From a virus: 64,000 bases of DNA. The notes under the pieces are model-generated. The model had not been told where the DNA came from. It searched no databases and saw nothing but the letters and a program-made list of their open reading frames with translations. Where the stretch lies: the UHGV virus genome UHGV-0039337; one strand, written 5' to 3'. Within the stretch, counting starts at the first letter, position 1, and every line of letters begins with the position of its first letter. A program made the position numbers and the translations under genes. This document shows, piece after piece, positions 58,714-64,000 of the stretch.

Positions 58714-60197
58714 TGGCTTATGAAAAGGTAAAAGCCACTGCTTCAGTTACAATAGTAGATGAAACTGATGCTTCGATACTTACTGGTAATATGCTTGTAG
58801 TTAAAGGTAGTAAGAATCAGATATATATAACAGGTCAAGGTAATCCTTATTCTCCTGACTGGACTAAAAACAATCTTGTTATTCGTCCTTTCTTACAGGC
58901 TAGTAATATTACTAAAGAAGATTCAACTAATGTTGAATACAATCCTGATTTATTTGATCCTAAAGAATATCCTAATTCTATATCTACTTATGGATATATA
59001 CGTGATATACATTGGTTTATTCGTGATAATGCGGGAGTAGAAAAAGAGTTACTTGATTCTAGTGATTGTTCTTTCTCTTATTCTTACAATATAGATGGTA
59101 TTGCTACTATGTGTACTGATGGAAGACAATTAGTAATTAGGGCTAACATGCTATCTAAAAATACTACTGCAGATATAGTATGTAAATTTAGTTTTTATGA
59201 TCCATTTGCTAATATGTATATTAGTCAGCAACTTGAAACTACTATAATTAATATTGCGAGTGGTCAATCTAACAGTAAACTATTAACATCTTGTGTTAAC
59301 GGTAGCGCAATAACCAATACAGGAAATTCATATATAGATATTATAGCTAAATTTTATGATGATACTGGAGAAATAAATATAGATGAATTAATAAGTAATG
59401 GTGATGCTAACGTATCATGTTTATGGTATATAAGACGTTATGATGGATGGATACTATTAGATCCAACAGAAGCTGGTCAAAGCTCAGCTAATATAGATAC
59501 TATGATGTATAAAATAATGAGAGTTAACTCATATAATGATGTTAGCGGTACATATGAATTAGTCGATTCTAATAATGCAAAAGGTAATGCAGCACTTCGT
59601 ATTTATCCTGCATTTATATCAGGATCTGAAATAATTAAATGTGTATTTACCGATCCTACTGGAGCTAAATATAATTCATTACAAGTAATATATGATGCAA
59701 CTGATCCTACTAGTGTTGAATTATATTGTAGTAACGGTAAAAGACTTAAAAAAGGTAGTATAGAAAATACTACTGTTAAAGCTATCGTTACTTATAAAGG
59801 TAGTCTATTGGAAGATGATAGCCCATTATACAATACAGAATTTGATTATTATTGGTATAAATATACTATAACAGATGATGTATATGTTAATGTATATAAT
59901 GATGCCAACAATAATCTTATAGAGAACGCTGATTTAAACAATCCTATAAAAGGTAAAAGAACTTTATTTATTAATACAGATGCTATTACATCTGATGAAA
60001 AGGAAGCGCGTTTTAGTCTTGATTTAGTTGAATATGGTGCTTTATCTGCTGAAAGTGCACAGGCTAATTATTTAGCCAATGCTGTATCAGAAGAAGATTT
60101 AGCTACTGCTATGGCTGTTAATAATAATATTGGTATGAATGAAAATGATGTGCAAGCTGCTATTGTTACAGCACAAGAATTAAATACTTTAGAGTAG
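58713..60197 (+). CDS. distal tail protein (494 aa), N-terminal paralog of the 60209 gene
   Basis: GGTGGTGA SD. N-terminus MAYEKVKATASVTIVDETD parallels MAYTALAKASVTIELFENE of the next gene. Confidence 0.45.
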   Translation: MAYEKVKATASVTIVDETDASILTGNMLVVKGSKNQIYITGQGNPYSPDWTKNNLVIRPFLQASNITKEDSTNVEYNPDLFDPKEYPNSISTYGYIRDIHWFIRDNAGVEKELLDSSDCSFSYSYNIDGIATMCTDGRQLVIRANMLSKNTTADIVCKFSFYDPFANMYISQQLETTIINIASGQSNSKLLTSCVNGSAITNTGNSYIDIIAKFYDDTGEINIDELISNGDANVSCLWYIRRYDGWILLDPTEAGQSSANIDTMMYKIMRVNSYNDVSGTYELVDSNNAKGNAALRIYPAFISGSEIIKCVFTDPTGAKYNSLQVIYDATDPTSVELYCSNGKRLKKGSIENTTVKAIVTYKGSLLEDDSPLYNTEFDYYWYKYTITDDVYVNVYNDANNNLIENADLNNPIKGKRTLFINTDAITSDEKEARFSLDLVEYGALSAESAQANYLANAVSEEDLATAMAVNNNIGMNENDVQAAIVTAQELNTLE

Positions 60198-60208
60198 GAG
60201 GTGTAATT

Positions 60209-63175
60209 ATGGCCTATACTGCTTTAGCTAAAGCTAGCGTTACAATAGAACTATTTGAAAATGAAGATAAATATGAAGCTATAGTAGTTTCTACTAATGG
60301 TGTTATATTACAACCATATGATACATCTACTACTCTTATAGGTACTGTATTAAAAAATAATATAGATGTGACTAAAAACATTAGTAATTTAAAATGGACC
60401 AAATGGAATCCTACTACTGATAATCTTGAAGAATGTGAAGACTGGAATAAATCTCATATTGGCTCTTCAAGTATAGTTATAACTAAAGATGATGTTAATA
60501 GTAAAAGTATATTTAGTTTTGAGGCCTACAATAATAAAAATGAATTATTGTGTTCTACTACTATATCTATAATAGATATAAATGATTTACTAACTTCAAC
60601 TACGAAACCTAGTAATCCTTATATTGGTCAGTTATGGATAGATGATACTACAGATCCTGCTAATCTATATGTATGGAATGGTTATAAATGGATAATATCT
60701 GGAGCTATAGGTGTTGTAGTAAAAAATCTTTTACGCAATACAGGTTTTATATATAATTGTGATAAATGGGATATAGTAGGAGATACAAAATTAATGTATA
60801 CCCCTGTACCGCATTCATATCTTGAACATAGATTTCTTAAATTAAATAGTGATGTACTAACAGATAGTATTCGTGGTATAACACAAACAACAATAGATAC
60901 TATAGTTCCTAAAAGTGATTATAGTCTTCAGATGTTGTTTTATTCTAAAGAAAATAGTCAGTCATATTCAAATAACATATCAGTTAATGTATATTCTGTT
61001 GATTCATCTAATAATGAAATTATAGTATATAGTAATATTATAACTGCAGAAGAAAAACTTAAGAGGATATGTGCCCGTTTTAAAAGTCTAAACAATACAA
61101 AAGCTTTTAGAGTACAAATTACGGGAGAAAATAAATATAGATTTGATTTTAATATAGCAGAATTATGTTTATACAATACTAGCAATGAATATCCATGGAC
61201 TGTTAATCCTTCAGACAATAATGAAAATCTTACTCAAGAAAACTTATGGAATATATTGTCCAATAATAATACTGTTAAAGGTATTTTTTCTATAAAGAAT
61301 TCTGAAACTGGGCAACTTGATTATTATATTAATGCCGATGCTATTATTGCTGGGCAAATAAAAGCACAATACATGAATTTGTACGGATTAAGCATAACAC
61401 GTAAAGATGATCCTAGTATTAAGACATTTGAGGTTACAGAAGATGGTTATATAAACATTGCAGTTAATGAATTAAAGATAGGCGCATCTAATAAAACTTT
61501 AGAAGATTATATAAATACAGAAATTAATATTGACGGAGATAGTATAAAAGCAGAATTACGTAATGAGTTTAATGAAAAGTATACTAAAATAGGAGCAACT
61601 ATAGACGGAATAAACACAGAGGTATCTGATTTAAAAGGCGACGCTAAAACTTTATTTGATATTACTAATAAAGGTATATATATAAAAACTAATGCAGATG
61701 GTTCTAATACATTAGTAGATATTAATAATAAAAGTTTTAGTGTTAGTTCGGAAAATATAAAGTTAGAAGGTTATACTACTATTAATGGAGGCTTTAGCGT
61801 AGATCTTGATGGTAATATGACAGCTAATAATGGTAAGTTTACTGGTACTATTATATCTTCTACTATAAAATCTGATGATACTGACGATCCACAATTTAGT
61901 CTTACTCCTGACGGTACATTAAGAGCTAATAATGTACATGTTAAAGGCGAAATAAGTGGTAAAATACCTGATTTAGAAAAGCTTGTTAGTGGAAGTGGTA
62001 AATTTACTGTAAATGAAAATGGAGTATTGGAAGCCGAAGAAGCTATTATACATGGAGATATAACTTCGGGTTCTACAATAACAGGCTCTACTATTCGTAA
62101 TGTTACTGGAACATTTAAAATAGATAAAAACGGTAATATAAAAGGTGGTTCTTTTGATATAAATGATAAGTTTAAAGTTGATTCATCAGGGAACATGACA
62201 TCTACATCAGCTAATATAGTAGGTAATATAAATGCAGGATCTAAAATTAATGGTGCTACTATATATATACCTGGTAAAGATGAAGGTTATTCAGAAAACA
62301 TATATGATATAACAATAGAAAATGGACATATGACTATGAGTAATAGACTGTATCCTGATGATCAATATTTAAATATAAAATCTAATTCTTTAAATAATCA
62401 GGCTATTAAAGATATAACTGATTCCGAAAATAAGTATGCATATAGTATATACGATGAAATGTTTTTATCAGAAGGTACGTTGGCTTTTAATAAAAGAAAA
62501 TATGATAAGTACTATGGAAATCCTTATAATAAATATGATTCTTATACATTTACAATGTGGAGCACTGATCATTTTGAAATTAACGATGGATGGATGCGTG
62601 GAAACGATTTAGTATGTATTAATAATATACGACATCAGCCAGCAGCAAAATATCAAGACTCTAACGAAGGTGATATCATATATAAAGGAGAAAGCAATAC
62701 ATTTGTAGCTGATCATTTCGATAAAGGTTTTAATACTATTGGCGATTTTAGTGGCTCAGGAATCAATAAAGGAAATGGCGTACTTACACTAGGCGATTGT
62801 GTGTTATTATATGGCTCAGCTGATTTTACCAATTTAGAAGCAGATACTCCAAATAGTAAGGCTATAAACTTTGATGATATATATGAATATGTATATAGTT
62901 CAAATCCTTTATCAGATGCTCCATATGTTACTTTATCTATTAATAGCTATACTCCTTCTATGTTTTCATGTAGTGTCGCTGATATAACAAGAAACGGATT
63001 CAATATTTACTGCAATAGTAAACTTGGTTCAGCAGTAACTGTACATTGGATGGCAATAGGTATAAGTAAGACAAGAACATTTGCTTATAAGATATACGAA
63101 AACTTTGCTACTCTTGACAATGTTCAATTAATGAGCGGTGCATATGATAAAGAAAAAGCTAAATTATTCTATTAA
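60209..63175 (+). CDS. tail fibre / host-specificity-type protein (988 aa)
   Basis: GTAGGAGGTG SD. PSNPYIGQLWIDDTTDPANLYVWNGYKWI is the LW..LYVWNG.W motif recurrent in phage distal-tail and fibre proteins. Confidence 0.5.
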   Translation: MAYTALAKASVTIELFENEDKYEAIVVSTNGVILQPYDTSTTLIGTVLKNNIDVTKNISNLKWTKWNPTTDNLEECEDWNKSHIGSSSIVITKDDVNSKSIFSFEAYNNKNELLCSTTISIIDINDLLTSTTKPSNPYIGQLWIDDTTDPANLYVWNGYKWIISGAIGVVVKNLLRNTGFIYNCDKWDIVGDTKLMYTPVPHSYLEHRFLKLNSDVLTDSIRGITQTTIDTIVPKSDYSLQMLFYSKENSQSYSNNISVNVYSVDSSNNEIIVYSNIITAEEKLKRICARFKSLNNTKAFRVQITGENKYRFDFNIAELCLYNTSNEYPWTVNPSDNNENLTQENLWNILSNNNTVKGIFSIKNSETGQLDYYINADAIIAGQIKAQYMNLYGLSITRKDDPSIKTFEVTEDGYINIAVNELKIGASNKTLEDYINTEINIDGDSIKAELRNEFNEKYTKIGATIDGINTEVSDLKGDAKTLFDITNKGIYIKTNADGSNTLVDINNKSFSVSSENIKLEGYTTINGGFSVDLDGNMTANNGKFTGTIISSTIKSDDTDDPQFSLTPDGTLRANNVHVKGEISGKIPDLEKLVSGSGKFTVNENGVLEAEEAIIHGDITSGSTITGSTIRNVTGTFKIDKNGNIKGGSFDINDKFKVDSSGNMTSTSANIVGNINAGSKINGATIYIPGKDEGYSENIYDITIENGHMTMSNRLYPDDQYLNIKSNSLNNQAIKDITDSENKYAYSIYDEMFLSEGTLAFNKRKYDKYYGNPYNKYDSYTFTMWSTDHFEINDGWMRGNDLVCINNIRHQPAAKYQDSNEGDIIYKGESNTFVADHFDKGFNTIGDFSGSGINKGNGVLTLGDCVLLYGSADFTNLEADTPNSKAINFDDIYEYVYSSNPLSDAPYVTLSINSYTPSMFSCSVADITRNGFNIYCNSKLGSAVTVHWMAIGISKTRTFAYKIYENFATLDNVQLMSGAYDKEKAKLFY

Positions 63176-63194
63176 TAGAAAGGTGGTAATATAT

Positions 63195-63881
63195 ATGCCT
63201 ATTTTAGGGAAATTAGATGAAAATGGAAATATTACTTATGCTCCTTCTATATATCGTTCAGAATATAATGTAATACCTAACTTTGATAAAAACTATCAAC
63301 TTATGATTGATATGGGATATAAACCAGTAGTAGAAGATAGTACGGATTTTGCAGGATATATAACTACTAAATATGTAGAAGAAATTAATAATACTATATT
63401 TATACGTTATAAAATAGATAACTCTGAAAAAGTAGTTAATCAATTAAAAGCAGAAAAGATAGCTCAAACTAAAGTTAATCTGGCTAACTATCTTGAACAA
63501 AATCCGTTAACATCTACTATTAAATATGGAATAGAAAAACAGTATAGTGTTACACTTGATAAACAAAGCCAGTTAACATCAACTATTCTTGATTATATGA
63601 GTAAAGCTTTATTTATTTTTATAACTAAACCAATAGGTATACATCAAAACATAATACAATATCTGGATGGTTTAAATTTTCCTCTTACATGGAATAGCAA
63701 AGGAGATACATGCACTAACTGGAAGTATTCAGAATTGTGTCAATTAAAGAACGAAATTAATGAATATGTAGCTCCAATAGTTGAATATCAACGTAAGTTA
63801 GAAAAACAAATAACTGAATGTACTACTCAGGAAGAGCTTAAATTAATAGATATAAACTTTATAAAAGAACGAATAAAATAA
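63195..63881 (+). CDS. hypothetical protein (possible fibre-associated or assembly protein)
   Basis: ATG 63195 after AAAGGTGGTAA (track start 63138 overlaps the previous gene). Confidence 0.35.
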   Translation: MPILGKLDENGNITYAPSIYRSEYNVIPNFDKNYQLMIDMGYKPVVEDSTDFAGYITTKYVEEINNTIFIRYKIDNSEKVVNQLKAEKIAQTKVNLANYLEQNPLTSTIKYGIEKQYSVTLDKQSQLTSTILDYMSKALFIFITKPIGIHQNIIQYLDGLNFPLTWNSKGDTCTNWKYSELCQLKNEINEYVAPIVEYQRKLEKQITECTTQEELKLIDINFIKERIK

Positions 63882-63905
63882 ATATATAATTAGAGAGGTG
63901 ATTAG

Positions 63906-64000
63906 ATGAGCTCACTTAGTCTATCATTTATAACTTCACAAAATACGGTATTTACAGACCCACCTATAATATATTTTGTAATAAGTGCTGAAGATTCAGG
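63906..64000 (+). CDS. 5' end of a downstream gene (partial)
   Basis: AGAGGTGATTAG then ATG. Reads MSSLSLSFITSQNTVFTDPPIIYFVISAEDS... Too short to call; the hydrophobic start could fit a holin-type membrane protein. Confidence 0.2.
   Translation, partial: MSSLSLSFITSQNTVFTDPPIIYFVISAEDS

Noticed and set aside
1-64000. Defence island / anti-phage system (restriction-modification, CBASS, abortive infection) somewhere in the window
   Set aside because: Every sizeable ORF is plausibly structural or fibre-related apart from the recombinase. No methyltransferase, helicase, ATPase (Walker A) or cyclase motifs were seen by eye. The novelty here appears to lie in the tail apparatus itself.

Overview
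The entire 64 kb window is one same-strand (+) block of late/structural genes from a large tailed phage or prophage of a low-GC Firmicute. It is very AT-rich, roughly 28-30% GC by eye (not computed), consistent with a Clostridium-like host. Almost every gene is preceded by a strong Gram-positive Shine-Dalgarno sequence (AAAGGAGGT / GGTGGTGA) and several are followed by clear rho-independent terminators. No rRNA, tRNA, CRISPR array or reverse transcriptase is visible. The window opens with the last codons of an upstream gene and a terminator. Next comes a 2806-aa giant protein, probably the tape-measure protein, which has an EndA/NucM-type non-specific nuclease domain embedded in it. A baseplate block follows (8.5-22 kb), then a large set of tail-fibre and receptor-binding genes (22-64 kb). 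Several of these carry enzymatic or adhesin domains: a lamin-tail-domain plus metallophosphoesterase protein; a LamG-CotH-BspA-LRR giant fibre; a beta-helix plus GH16 glucanase fibre; and a collagen-like fibre. A large serine recombinase gene sits in the middle of the fibre locus. The locus also shows gene-fragment debris, modules duplicated or swapped between neighbouring fibre genes, and a candidate frameshift junction. No canonical defence system is evident. The most interesting content is the tail locus itself: a hyper-expanded, mosaic, multi-enzyme host-recognition apparatus, a nuclease-bearing tape measure, and a recombinase embedded in the fibre region. All functional calls are made by eye from motifs in the translations. 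No database search was run.
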